A stretch of 64,000 nt of DNA from Lama guanicoe (GCA_013239625.1 MU053487.1:825058-889057); one strand, 5' to 3'; positions 24,457-36,624 are shown, counted from the stretch's first letter. Numbers and translations are program-made. Notes: generated by a model not told the origin, from the sequence alone.

Positions 24457-24700
24457 TGTGGCTGATAACGTAGACTGGCTTACTTAGCACTCTTTCCACC
24501 TTCCTCTTAGCTTGCTGTTGAGACTGAAAAGCTAAGAACTACACTTCCCAGACTCCCTAAGATTTTTCATGTGACCTAGATTCTGTCAGGCAGGTAGGTG
24601 TACCTGTAATAAGCTTGGGGACAGATAAGAGCAACGTGAGGCATCAGTCATGAAGAGACAGATACAATCTTCTGGAAAACATTGTGGCAGTGTATTCTTT
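24457..24700 (+). mobile_element. LTR33-like ERVL LTR fragment
   Basis: tgtggctgataac...gaaaagctaagaactacacttcccagactccct...catgtgacctagattctg. Confidence 0.65.
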
Positions 24701-24729
24701 AGTTCATGTTTCTGTTTCATAGATGCAGT

Positions 24730-26090
24730 CTCTTCTCTGATTTCTGTGAGGTGACCGACAGTCTACATTTTATGGAATTTTGTTCTTTCTGTAGAACTTT
24801 TACTTTCTCTGCGTTGCCTTTATGTTTGTTTGCTTTTTTGTTTGTTTTGGTCCTTATATTTTATGTTAGAGGTTTTCCTGGAAGGCTGGTGATTCTTGGT
24901 TGTGTGTTTATATATAAGAGTAGGGACTAAACACTTGGAAACCCTGAGCAAATGAGTTGGCTTGAAGACTGAGCATCACTGTAGGGGGTCTGACTGGGGA
25001 ACCTATGATGCCAGTATTTTCAAGTCCTTCTTCTAGGGCTGGGCAGAGGGTGAAGGCATGGCTGTCCGTGTTCTCAGAGTTGGGAGAGGAAGAGGGCTGG
25101 CCTCTGCATTCAGTACACATAACTTTCCCTAACTTGATTACTTTTGGTAACGTTGCCTGCTGTCATCTGTGCAGCACAGGTTCTTTCTGCCTAAATCTTT
25201 CTCAGAAGGAGACTTTCAGACTTTTCCCAGTGGAAATCATCCCGCGGTGTGGGGTGAGTTACGGGACCTGGAATACTACCTGATTCTTCACCTGTCCTTT
25301 TTGAACTTGGCTTCTCCTTCACCCCGCTTCCAGGTATACTTAATGCTCACAGCACATGCGCTTTTTGTTGATTCTGCTGTGCTATTCAGGTTGGCCTTAG
25401 ATTCTCTGCTGCTAGTTTACAATTCAAATTTCAAAAGTTTGCCAAATCAATTACCCTTTGTCCATCTTCCATTCACTTTGCAATTTTCGACATTTTGTTG
25501 CTATCTCCTCCCTTACTCTTTCCATCTTTTTTGAAATTATGCCTTTAAGAAAAAAGCCTTTAGTGAGGTTTGGGAAAGGAGAAAAATCAGATATTTTCAA
25601 TCTGCCATTTTTATGTGCAGCTCTCCACATGTTTCTTTATATCCAGTTTCTACCATTTATCCAATACTCATAACACTGGTAGAAATGATCTTCTACTCGT
25701 TGTTTATTTATTATAATATTATAAGCATGATTCATATTATTATACATTTGAAAACTTTTTTATTGGCTATATATTTTAGAGCACAGAGGTACTTTAATTT
25801 CCATACTTTGAATGGGGGAGTTTTAGATATACAGCTTTCCGTGATTCCTTCCCAAGAAGATCAAACAGAAAACCCAAGAGTAGCAAGCTTTTCTTTTACA
25901 TTAGAGTTGGGTATTTATTTTGTTTCAGTAATTTCACTGTTATGAAGAATATCTTTGTATGTAAAGTTTTTCATGCACTGGGATTATTTCTTCAGATTCG
26001 CAGTAGTGGAATTACTAGATACCAAGCTGTAAGCATTTTTAAGGCTTTAGATTCTCACTGTCAAAATTCCTTCCAAAAGTTACGGCACAT
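24730..26090 (-). mobile_element. Ancient L1 fragments (5'/ORF1 and 3'), antisense
   Basis: ttcaatctgccattttt 5'-end signature near 25600; gtggaattactag...gcatttttaaggctttagat...aaattccttccaaaa near 26000-26080. Confidence 0.6.
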
Positions 26091-26287
26091 TTGCTCAACG
26101 TAGGGGGCCGAGGGGTCAAAATGTGCTCGGTACACCCTTGGGGAATAGTGGCATGAGGTGATCCCCACAGCTCGTCTCAGTAATCTAGCATACACATCTA
26201 AACATCACAAAATTTTGGCATTTCCATCTTTACCCACTTTTGACACCAGCTAACTTGGTCACTATGACAGGAGCGAATTCCAGACTT

Positions 26288-26401
26288 CACCTGCTATGTG
26301 ACGTCATGCTGATTGTGATTAAAGGAGCACTTGCTGTGTGATTGTGATTAAAGGAGCACCTGCTATGTGACGTCATGCTGATTGTGATTAAAGGAGCACT
26401 T
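26288..26401. repeat. A-B-A tandem repeat (40/29/40 bp) carrying two TGACGTCA palindromes
   Basis: Units at 26291-26330, 26331-26359 (lacks the CRE-bearing 11 nt) and 26360-26399; units 1 and 3 are identical. Confidence 0.95.
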
Positions 26402-27701
26402 ACTGATTTCCCCCAAACACATAGTTAGGGATAGTTCTGAGTGGCCGCTCCCAGTTTGGTGAAACTCTGAAATGCTCCAACCAGGGGGCTGGTGGCAGTC
26501 CCTGAGGTTTGTCACCATCAGAGCCCCTCCCTCAGTGTCCCCATCTTTGGTGGACTCCATGGGTGGGGCCAGACCCATGGAAATAGTGTATCAGGGACAA
26601 GGAGAGCGAGGTGCCCATTGTGCCTCAATGGTTCCTGGAGATGTCTCTCCTTGACCTGTGGAGCATTTGTGATGTATCTATGTCACTTTACTTAACAGTG
26701 TATCTCCTGTCACATGTAGTGTTTTGCTTTATGCAAACATAAGGCAGAACAGGCTTGAACAAGCTTGAAGGGAAAAAGTGGGTCCTCAGTCCCAAATGAG
26801 GACCACATTCTGTACCATCCCAAAGCAGTCAGGCAAGGAGTCACTTGGGTAGAAATCCCACAGGGTCCGTAAACAGAAACGGGGGATTATGTCGCAAACA
26901 CACTTAAGCCAAAATCACCATTTCATTATGTGAGGTCTGTGTGTGCATGTGTGTGTGTGCACGCTGATTTAGTGTTCCAGAAATAACAGCTTCTGGTTGT
27001 TACTTACCAGTTTTCATGGATGGTACCCCTATAGTGGTTATGGGCATGATGAGGAAGGTGGCTGTCTGCAGGGTCCTCATGGGTGAGGTGAAGATTTGTG
27101 GGCATCCTCAGCCTCAGTCTCTCAAGACCATGAAGCAACCCTTGGAGGGAATCCCAGAAGCCCCCTAAGGGACTGATGGCTTCAAACAAATCTTTGGAGA
27201 AATCAAGTCCACCTCCCAGCTAGAACCCTGCTTACTGAATATTAAACTGCCTTGGCAATGTTCCTAAGTATTTTCTTGATGCAACTGCATGAAATGTCAT
27301 AAAAGACAGCACCTGAAAGGTAAATCTGTTGTAGAAAAGAGCTTCTCATTTGGTGGTTGAGAGACTGAAATTCTGATTCATCTGTCTGGCTCTCAGGGGT
27401 TTCCACATCTAAGATGGGAACACGATGCTCAGCTCATAAGGTTGGTGGGAGAGTAAAGTCACCCTTGTGCATGCTTTGGGCACAGTGCCTGCCCACAACT
27501 TGTGCTCTAAGTGCTAGTTCCTTCTTTCCTTTCAGAGGAGAAATGCTCTGGTTGTGGGTCACAATCAGAGACCTTTTTGGAAAGCTCATCAGTAACAGAG
27601 TTCCCAAAGCTTTGCTCCCATCTGCATCCATGCAATCCAAGTAATGGCTATACCCCTGGGACTCTCCTTTTACCTCTGCCATCTCCTTTTATCTCATTAA
27701 G

Positions 27702-27877
27702 CAGTTGTTATCCAAGTGTGGTCCCTGGATCAAGAACGTCAGCATCACCTGGGAAGTTAGAGTTGCAGCTTCTCAGGCCTCACCCTGAACTACTGAATCA
27801 AAACTCCAGGGCTGGGGCTCAGAAATCTGTGTTTGAACAGGTGATTCAGAGGTGGACTCAAGTTTGAAATCATTGGT
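27702..27877. mobile_element. MER5A hAT-Charlie MITE
   Basis: caagtgtggtccctgga...cagcatcacctgggaa...ctactgaatcaaaactc...aatctgtgttt...aagtttgaaatcattg. Confidence 0.9.
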
Positions 27878-29034
27878 CTAAAGATGCCCAACTCTTGTTA
27901 ACATTACCCACTTTCACATTTGGTCTGTTGTCCAGGACACAGCCCACCTGCCTTGAGACTGAGAAATCAGCTGAAATCTCTACCCACATCTCCAACAGAT
28001 GCAGACCCTGTATAGTGGAGCCTTTATCTTACCACAGTGATAGTGTCTTCTCCTCACCTGTGTGTGCCCAGGTACACCTGTGGTGTTCAGCACTTGGCAG
28101 GGCCTCAGCCCATGGAGGAGGAAGCCTTGTTCTTTGCTCTCCTGCAGCCCTGCATCTGGATTATGGGACATAAACTTTATTGTAGTTTTCCTTTGCTTTG
28201 TATTTTACATCCTGCCAGTCCTTGAAATGATTGTGTTTTGCCAAAATGGAGAGGAAAAACAAAACCTTCAAATATTGCTGAACACGTTAGTAGTCTTGAG
28301 TGTTTTCCCTGATCAGAAGTTCACTGTCGATGCCAGCTGGTCCCTCATTTTCCACTTTCAAAATTCTGTCACCTCTTTAGTAATTAGGGGGAAAGTCTCA
28401 GCATGTCAAGCATTTCAAGAACTGTAATGTTTAAAGTCAGGGTCCTGAATATTACCATCAAATCCTGGGTTCTGTATCCCTCTCTGTGTCCAGCATAGGG
28501 TCAGCATGCTGAGGGTCGCTCAACAAATACCCATCGAATGCATGTGCCCAGTGCGCATCTGGCCTCTCCAGAGCCTGCAGGTCTGCCTTGATCAATTGCT
28601 GGCATACTTTGAATGTGATTGAATTAAGACTTCCTTGAGTAGGCTTGTGTTTATCTTTCACGGAGCTCTGCCAAGAAGAAATTAGATTTTATAAGGTCCC
28701 GGATGATTGCGGGAGCCATAGCAAGGCTTTAATATTTCAGAGAGCAATTACGTTGGGCTTGATACCAAGTTCACGTAAAATATGCAGCATCTTCTAAGTG
28801 CAATATTTTGTTGGAGGTTATGGAGCACGATGGCAAGAGGCCTCAGAAATTACCCTGATTTTAACAGTTGTTTTGGGTTTGGCCAGAATTGGAAATGACT
28901 CAGTGGTCCAAACAGAAATTGCTGTGGGAAGGATGTCTGCTCTCCAAACATAGGAACTTCGTGCTTGCTGTACCCTCTGTCCTGCAGAGCTTGCCAGGAT
29001 CTTCCCAGGACATATATCTTTATAGACTCTGCTA

Positions 29035-29300
29035 AGAGGCAGGGTAGTACGATAGTTAAGGCACAGATTCTAGAGCCAGGCTGCTTGGGTTGGACTGCTT
29101 CTTCCACCCTTTTGAGCAGTGTGACCCTTGGCATGTAATCAAGCCCTTTGCTGCCTCAGTATCATCAGCTGTAAGATAGAGATAATAGTATTGGCTTTAT
29201 GGAGTTGTTGAGAGCATTTAAAAAAATGTGTGTATGAAAAGTGCTTTGAACATCTCTTGGCACAAAGAAGGCCCTCCATCATCGTTAGCTATTACTATTA
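29035..29300 (+). mobile_element. MIR SINE
   Basis: gttaaggcacagattctagagccaggctgcttgggtt...gtgtgacccttggca...tgcctcagt...tgtaagatagagataatagta. Confidence 0.9.
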
Positions 29301-29309
29301 TAATTTAGG

Positions 29310-29585
29310 TTCCGTTTCAAAATTACCTGTCCTGAGAGGCCTTTCCTCACCATGCAATCCAAAACAGCTACCCCACGACTCGATTTAATCTTTGGCACAC
29401 CACCACTTCATGGTCCTCGTGACATTGGAACAATCTGGTACAAGAATGTGTTCTGTTTTTATTTCATGTCTCACTGACCCCAGAACGTAAGCTCCAAGAT
29501 AACCAGTCTTCGTCATGGCTGAATCCTCAGCACCCAGAATACTGCTGAGATCACAGTAGGTATTCAGTTAAAATTTGCTGAATGC
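29310..29585 (+). mobile_element. L2 3' end
   Basis: cctgagaggcctttcct...agaacgtaagctccaag...cagcacccagaata...gtaggtattcagttaaaatttgctgaatg. Confidence 0.75.
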
Positions 29586-30301
29586 ATTATGGGTTCCAGA
29601 GTTAGTCTACTCCTGGCCAAACTCAGAGCCATTGTTCTCCCATGTTGTGAAGAAGCAGAGCATGAGCTGGGACTCACACACTCCTTGGAGACCAGCTCTT
29701 CTCCTGTGATTCTTGAGAGCTTGTACTGTGCTTTGGGGGACTTTGGAGTCTGGTTCATTCCAGCATCTTCTAAGGCCTGAGAGAGATCTGTGATGGCCAG
29801 CAGGAACTCAGGGGAATGTGGTGTCTCTAGCCCTCCACCAACTGAAATTATCTGGTCTTTCTAGCCCTCCAAGCATTGAAACTAAAATAAGGGGTTTATG
29901 TCTATATTGAGGAGGCTTGGCCATCCTGAAGGAGAGGAGTTTAATGCAGACTCAAGGAGACTGATGCAAACTGGCCACACTGCTCATCCTGCCTTCTTCA
30001 GTGGATGCCTGGTCACTCCTGCCATGAGATTTTGCTATTCCACGTCCCAGCACAGTTCACAGTGAGCCTTCATGTGAAAACATCTTATTTCTTCTTTGCC
30101 AAGATTGGCCAAGGGTGCACAATATTTGGATGCTCAAATCTGCAGCTCTCAGCTCTGGGCTTCCCTATTGCAGACACCTTCATTAGAATGCAAGCCAGTC
30201 TGGAAGCACTGTATCAAGACCCTGCTTGGGTCAAGCACTTGATGACTCAAAGTTATGGTTGTCCACATGGTTCTGGGGTGGTTTATTTTTTCCAATCCTC
30301 C

Positions 30302-30680
30302 TATATTAGTCAGAATGGGACAGGCTGTGTTGCAGGAACAAATAATCCCAATGTCTCAGTGACTTAATGCAAGAGAGGTTGATTACTCATCACGTCTGGG
30401 GGATTCTCTAGGACAGCTGTCGTCCAAGCGGTGACTTGGCAAATCAGGCTGCTCTCAATATATGGCCTCTCCCAGGATCACCCCAAGAGGAGAGGAGAGA
30501 GATGTGGGCAATGTACACAGATTTTTTTCCCCACTTCAGCTCTGAAGTGATGCACTTCCCCTCTGCTTCTCTTTCCTTGGTTAGAACTGGTCACATGACC
30601 CAGCTGCAAGGGCCTGCAAAGTACTCAGGAAGGGGGAGGAAGTGGGTATTGGTGAATATCCTGATTCACCATCCACATTT
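30302..30680 (-). mobile_element. MLT1K/L-like MaLR LTR
   Basis: tattagtcagaatggg...aacaaataatcccaatgtctcagtgacttaa...ttggttagaactggtcacatgaccc. Confidence 0.75.
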
Positions 30681-31189
30681 CCCACACCCCCTGGAGAGAG
30701 GGAAAGTGACTCCCTTATGCAGAAAAATGGAGACTACTCATTTTGCACCTACTATTTAAAGGGACATTCCCGCAGCGATTACAAAGATACCTGCTTTCTG
30801 TACCAAGATTGTAGCACAACTTGAAACCTTTTTGTCTAACAACAACAACAAAAACTGATGTATTTAATATTTAGTGGGGATACCCTCACGGTAGCACAAC
30901 TGCTAGATTGTGATCCAACCATGCATGGGATTTGGATAGAAGAAAAAAGTAGTATTTCAAGGACTTGGGACATGTAAGCAGTGACTCAGACACAGGAATG
31001 ATTATGAATAGTACCATTAGCATGAAATTAGAAAACTACTCAGTCGTGAGAGTCTTAGAGAGAGAGGCTAACTACCTATCCCCTTACCTTATCCCCAGAA
31101 GACCAGAAAATGTATCCCCTAACTTCTCAGGATTGGTTATGATATACAGAGGTGAAATAGTCAGGTCCTTGGATAGAGTTGCCCAGGCA

Positions 31190-32000
31190 TTTATCAGTTT
31201 CTTCAAGGAAGATGTGTGGATGCCTTCTGTATGCTAGGCATTGAATTAGAGAGGGATATGTATATACGTAGACATGTTTCAAGCCTTCAGAAAACTCATG
31301 GTCTAGCGGAAGATACTGATTAACAAAATAGCAGTGTCTAGACAACATGGGAATTGTAATGGCTTGCTTAAGGTGAAGTAAGGGATGGCTTATGAGGTCA
31401 GAAAAGGCTTCAGGCAGGAGGAGGTATTTAAACTGATTTTGAAAAAATGGATAAGCAATAGCCAGATAGATAAGGGAGTGAGAGCCAGCCAGGCACTGGG
31501 AACACTGTTTAAAGGCACAGAGGGGTAAAACAGTAAGATTTGCTTTGGATTGGAGAATAAATAAAGTATGATTGGAGAATGAAGTGGAGATGGCAGGGTA
31601 TGAGACATGACTGGAGTGGTCATCTGGGCCAGGTCATAAGGAGTCTTGTTTCCCATATTAAGGAGTTTGGGTTTTATCTTGAGGATAATAGGATGCCTTT
31701 GAAGAGTTCTAAGCAGGGAGCATAAGGTGCTAATTTCCCAGTGTTCTTTGGTAGCTGACAGGAGGATGGGTTAGAGATGAAAAGACTAGAAGCAGGGAGA
31801 CTGGTGGGGAGTCTGACGGGGAAACTGATGAAATGGTCCATGTGAGAGATGAGGGGATCTGCACCAGGGCAGTGGCCCCTGGAGATGGAGATGAGACCTA
31901 TTGAGTCTGGTGTTGTTGCCATAGAGACAGAGGAACAGCATGTTTCACTTTGATGCTGCTCAGCTTGGGGTACAGGAGAGGACGTTGTGAAGGTAGAACC
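31190..32000 (-). mobile_element. L2 LINE fragment
   Basis: tgccttctgtatgctaggca...gaaggcttc.ggcaggaggagg...aaggagtttgggttttatcttgaggataatagga...gagttctaagcagggga. Confidence 0.85.
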
Positions 32001-32042
32001 CACCGAGGACTCTCCAATGTATCTAACTGCAGGCTTGCGAAA

Positions 32043-32487
32043 TGTAGCAGATGCTGTTGGTGCCTTGTCCAGATCCCATTTATCATGCTGGGGTACCTAC
32101 CCCCTAACTGTTGAGAGTGTGTAGGTTCCTGAAGGCTCACAGATGTACCCCTTCTCCAGAGGACTGTCTTCCTTGGGTGGGAGCTGCCTGGCCCTGGTAG
32201 TGCACATGTCTAATCCTGGGGAAGCGAGCAGCCAATGATGGATACATATCAGGGCACAGAAGTTGGACCTAAAGAGGGTACAACTTTGCATTGTAATTTA
32301 TCTTCAAAGCCTGCATGGTCAAATCAAAGCTGGACTTTACCCGAGCCCCTCCATCCTTGCTTGGCTCTTCATCTGCCTTATCCTGCCTCCCTCCCTCCAT
32401 TGTTTCTGGAGGTGCTTCTTCCATATAGTGGGTGCAGCAGAATCCTTGTCTCAGGCTCTGTGTCAAAGGAAACCAGCCTGTGGTACT
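32043..32487 (+). mobile_element. LTR16-family ERVL solo LTR
   Basis: tgtagcagatgctgttggtgccttgtccagatccc...gcagccaatga...agaatccttgtctcaggctctg. Confidence 0.85.
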
Positions 32488-33604
32488 AGGAAATGGTAGT
32501 GATGAAAGTTCAGAAAAGAACTTTCTGGACTGGAAAATAAAACCCACAAACTGCTACCCATCTGAGGAATGAGAATTAGAAAACATAATGTGAGAGTTTT
32601 ACTCCCTGACACAGTGGGACTGAGGGGACACACCCTCAACCTCTTGCTGAGTTTATGAAAGAGTATCCAGATTCTTCAAAGTGAGTTTGTTCATGCTGCC
32701 CAGAGGGATTTGGGCCACAGCTGCCGAGTTCCAAGCCCCGTATAAATGCTCATCTGTCGGCAGAGCAAATGTGGGAGGTGGTGGAAAGCAGAGTGAGGGT
32801 CTGCAGTGTCCTCTTCTCATCTTATTTCAGTAGCATAACCTCAGCAATGAGCCTGCAGTCACTGGACCCCAGTCGTCTCATCTGGAAAGAGAAAAGTGGG
32901 ACCAGATAACCTCAGTTTCTCCCAGACCTTGCTTCAGTGCTGTCCTCTGAGTTGGAATTGCAAATGCCAATAACATCTGTCTCCTTTTTTTTTTTTGCCT
33001 GGGTGGCTCCAAAGGCTGTGGCTGCAGAAATAGATAAAATTTGTCCCTGGCACGCTCCCCTCCTTTCTAAGCCACCTTTACAAAAGCCCGTGGCTCCCTC
33101 CTGTCGCCTTTATGTTGAAAACCACTACTCATGTGGGTAGAAGTCATTTTTAGCCTCTGCGTCTGGGTCGGAGGCTCCGAGCCCAGTTTTCCCATTGTTT
33201 TGCTATCTCCTGTTCAAAGTGGCCCCCCACCACGCTGAGGAGCAGGCCAGGCCAGCGCGGTGGGTGGTTCTGCAGTTACTCTCCTCCCATGTGAACAAGC
33301 AAGTCGCTGGCACGCAGAACAATACTAAGAGGGGCTGGCTGGGATTTTTATTTTCAACTTCCCCTTCCAAAAAAGCTTTGCTTCATTTAGGCATGGAGAC
33401 AAAATGCAACTACCCACTTCAGCAAACACTATAAAACCATCTCTAGACAAAACCTCCCTTGGTGCTTTCATCAGGCAGCTGTAAGGTACCAGGTCCAGGT
33501 TGATACTGAGGGTCTGTGTGCAGAGATAAGATGCTCCAGGTCATCGTAGACCCCTTGGGTTTTTCTGACTTGTCATTTTAGCCGTTGGTCTTGTGGATGA
33601 ACTG

Positions 33605-33650
33605 GGGGAAGGAAGACAGGAGGGGAGGTGGTGGGGAGGGGGCAATGGTC

Positions 33651-33684
<34 letters not shown>

Positions 33685-33910
33685 GCAGGGGCAGGACAGG
33701 TGGTGGGAGGAGATGATGGGGATGAAGAGAAGAAGGATGAAGAAAGCCATGGAGGGACAGGGAGAGAGAGAGATGAGAGAGAGAGAGAATTAGAAATGGA
33801 GAGGCAGAGACACAGAGAAGTCAAAGAGAGAGGAGAGAAGACAAGTGAGAAACAGAAGAGAAAAGAGGGAAGAATTAGAAAGAGAAGTAGAGATGTGGAT
33901 GAATTAAAAG
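33605..33910. repeat. GA-rich polypurine low-complexity tract including (AG)12
   Basis: Nearly pure purine plus strand; (AG)12 at 33651-33674. Confidence 0.9.
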
Positions 33911-34254
33911 AAAATGTGGGGGGATCTTGCTCATTGCAAATTTTGGAAGAGGAGGGCCATGGGCTGAATCACAGTTGTCCTGAGGAAGGGTAGTGATGCC
34001 TGAGCAAAACTGGCGGAAACCTCTGAAAGACTATTTTGCAGGCCTAGGATTGGGAGAAATGAGGGACATGTGTAGCCAAGCTAGGCTTCAGGCCCAGGGC
34101 ACACTGGACCTTCCCAGCATATCCCCATCTGCCCAGGCACGGTCCCGTATCCCTGAGGCTGCCTTCCTTTAAAAGGAGTGGAGCTTAGCATCATGACCTT
34201 CCTCCTGACTCTGCTGAGTGCAACAGGAAAGATGATGCTTTAGGGGGATATCCA

Positions 34255-34415
34255 GAAACTTAGGGCACAGGGCTCTGCCTCTGTCCCTTGCCAGCTGTGC
34301 TGCCTTTGGCAAAGCCTGATCTTTCTGAGCTTCTGTTCCCTTGCATGTAAAACTGATAATAGTGGTACTGCTTGAGCTGTGTTGTTGTCCAGGATAGGAG
34401 GGTCCCTAGTGCATT
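34255..34415 (+). mobile_element. MIR SINE
   Basis: ccagctgtgctgcctttggcaaag...ctttctgagcttctgttccc.tgcatgtaaaactgataatagt. Confidence 0.7.
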
Positions 34416-35104
34416 GCTTTCTCCCCCTTCCTTCTTTGTGATGTTTCCTAGTGGAGTTCCCTGAATCAAGGTGGAGTTCTGGGTTTCATCCTGACACAGC
34501 TTGACCCCCTAGACTCCCAGGAATAAGGAAAAATCACTAGATTGTGCCTCTGGCCTGGCACAGACGTACTACTGTGGTGACTCTGAGGACTTCATCCATT
34601 GGCTTTAGCCCCTGTGAGTGGGCGGGGCTGTGACAGTGTTTCATACCCAGAAGATAAGGCCTCAACTCCTGCAGCCCACTTTTGGCCCCTGGAAAGCCTT
34701 GCACACTTAGATTTTTGGGGTCCTGGGCACTCTAATGAGCTTGGTGGTCAGAATGAAGCTGAGGAGTCACGTCCACTATGTTCTGCTCATCCAGGGTGAG
34801 AGGAAGTGCAGCCCTGCGCTCCCATCCACTGGCAGTGAAATAAAATCAACAAAACAAGTAGCTTCCCCATGCTGCAATCAGAGCTGGTTTTTCTTCCGTT
34901 CTTTTCATTGCCTTTTTGGGTGCCAGTTCTTCTGCCCTGATGTGGGGCTTCTCACGACCATGAGGCAGCCTGTCCTAGGGTGAACGTCAAGCAGAGACCA
35001 GAGACTCGGCACTGACAGCGAGAGAACATAACACCATGGTCCCGTTTAATCTGTCGAAATGGATCAAAGGAATGGCTCCAGACTGACATTGTGAATCGCT
35101 TTCC

Positions 35105-35300
35105 TAATACTACCATTTACCGAACCCTGGCAGGGGCGAGGCGCCACCATCTAGATATCTCATCCCATCCTCACCATACCTCCCTGAGGATGGCTCCATG
35201 ACCCAGTGCAGATGTGAGGAAGCTCAGGGAGGTGAAGGACCCTGCTTGTAAATGGTGGAGCCAGGATGGGACAGGAGCTAGTCCTCCAGACCCGAGGACC
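35105..35300 (-). mobile_element. MIR SINE
   Basis: taccatttaccga...catcctcacca...cagatgtgaggaagctcagggaggtgaagg...ggagccaggatggga. Confidence 0.75.
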
Positions 35301-35678
35301 CCGAGCTCCCAGAAGGACCATGTATGGAATGCTGGGTGGAGGACTCTTGCAGGTGAGGGAAGGGGAGGCTCAGTCATCGTGGATGGACAGAGAAAAGGTC
35401 CCCTTGCCTTTGTTGGAGGTCAGAGTGGTGGCGGGTGGCTCCCTCTGCTGAGGTTAGAAGAGATAAGGGTCCTAGTCTGTCAACACTACCATGATAGTGT
35501 TGAACATTTAATTGGGAAATACACCCCAAGGGTTGTGGGGCGAACTTTCAGACTGAGATACCTTTGATCATAGAACTCTAGACATTTAGTTTCAGTGGTT
35601 GCCTCTTAGAAATTAAGGGTTTGAAATGAACAGACAGACTTTCCCTTCATCTGCAAATGTATCCACCATCTCAGACAT

Positions 35679-35766
35679 ACACACACACACACACACACAC
35701 ACACTCACTCACTCACACACTCACACGCACACTCACTGACTCACACACTCACACACTCACACACAC
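35679..35766. repeat. Compound (CA)n/(CACT)n microsatellite
   Basis: Read directly. Confidence 0.95.
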
Positions 35767-36438
35767 CCCTACCACCACCACCTGAAGCTTCAGAGAGAGC
35801 CAGGTAGCACAGCTGGGATGGCAGGAGAGGCTGCCTTGCCTCCTTTCCCTAACTGGCTCCCGGTGCCCAGGCAGGCAGACCCCACCTGGGCATTGTAGCT
35901 CTTGTCTCCTGAGGAAGGAGCAGGAACAGTATCACATGGGAAGCTGCTTTATTTTCTTTGCCTTTTCCCTGCCTGGGCTGCTGGTTCTCTGCTGGGGCTG
36001 GAGAGACTGAGGGATGGTTGTGTCCTTGTGTTCCCTTGGGCTACATTATGTGCCCAGCCACTTGGCTCAGGCTGCTCTACAGCACTAATTGGTTTGCAGT
36101 ACAAGGATCTGTTTCCAAGGCTGTCTTCACCACTGCACTGTCAGCTCCCACTGAGCCTGGGGCCAAGCCTGAGTCCCTGTTCTCTCTGAGCATAGAACTT
36201 GCTGGTGGAGAAGCTGGGAGGAAGGCATTACTCTGGTACCCTCACCATAATTCCAGATCTAGCTTTTTATCTGCAGATGCAGAAATCCAGGCCTACCCAC
36301 GAACCAGATTCCAGGAATTCCCAAGAAACCAGGGAGCTGGACTAGCAAGTAATCTGTTAGTCTCACAACAGGAAATAGAATAGGCCAGACCAGGGTCCTT
36401 CCTTCCTATGGACAAATCTGCACTGGATACCCCTATGC

Positions 36439-36624
36439 ATGGGTTCTCAAACGTGAAAGAGCATCTTCAGACCTGGAGGGCATATCCAGCACAGACGGCT
36501 GGGCCCCACTCCTGAAGTTCTGTGTCGTTGAGTCTGGACCGGAACCTGAGAATCTGCATTTCCAGTACGTTCCCAGGTGACACTGATGCTGTAGGTCCAG
36601 GGACCCCTACTTTGAAAACCACTG
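36439..36624. mobile_element. MER5A hAT-Charlie MITE
   Basis: ggttctcaaac...gctgggcccca...cctgagaatctgcatttc...ttcccaggtga...gatgctgtaggtccagggacc...ctttgaaaaccactg. Confidence 0.9.

Noticed and set aside
26081..26172. H/ACA snoRNA (hairpin-hinge-hairpin-ACA)
   Set aside because: An ACA follows the second stem, but the hinge lacks an ANANNA H box and the second hairpin is too short.
26288..26401. CRISPR-like repeat array
   Set aside because: Eukaryotic context; the units are contiguous tandem copies with no unique spacers and there are no cas genes.
33573..33993. Glu/Arg-rich and Ser/Leu-rich ORFs
   Set aside because: They are translations of the GA low-complexity tract.
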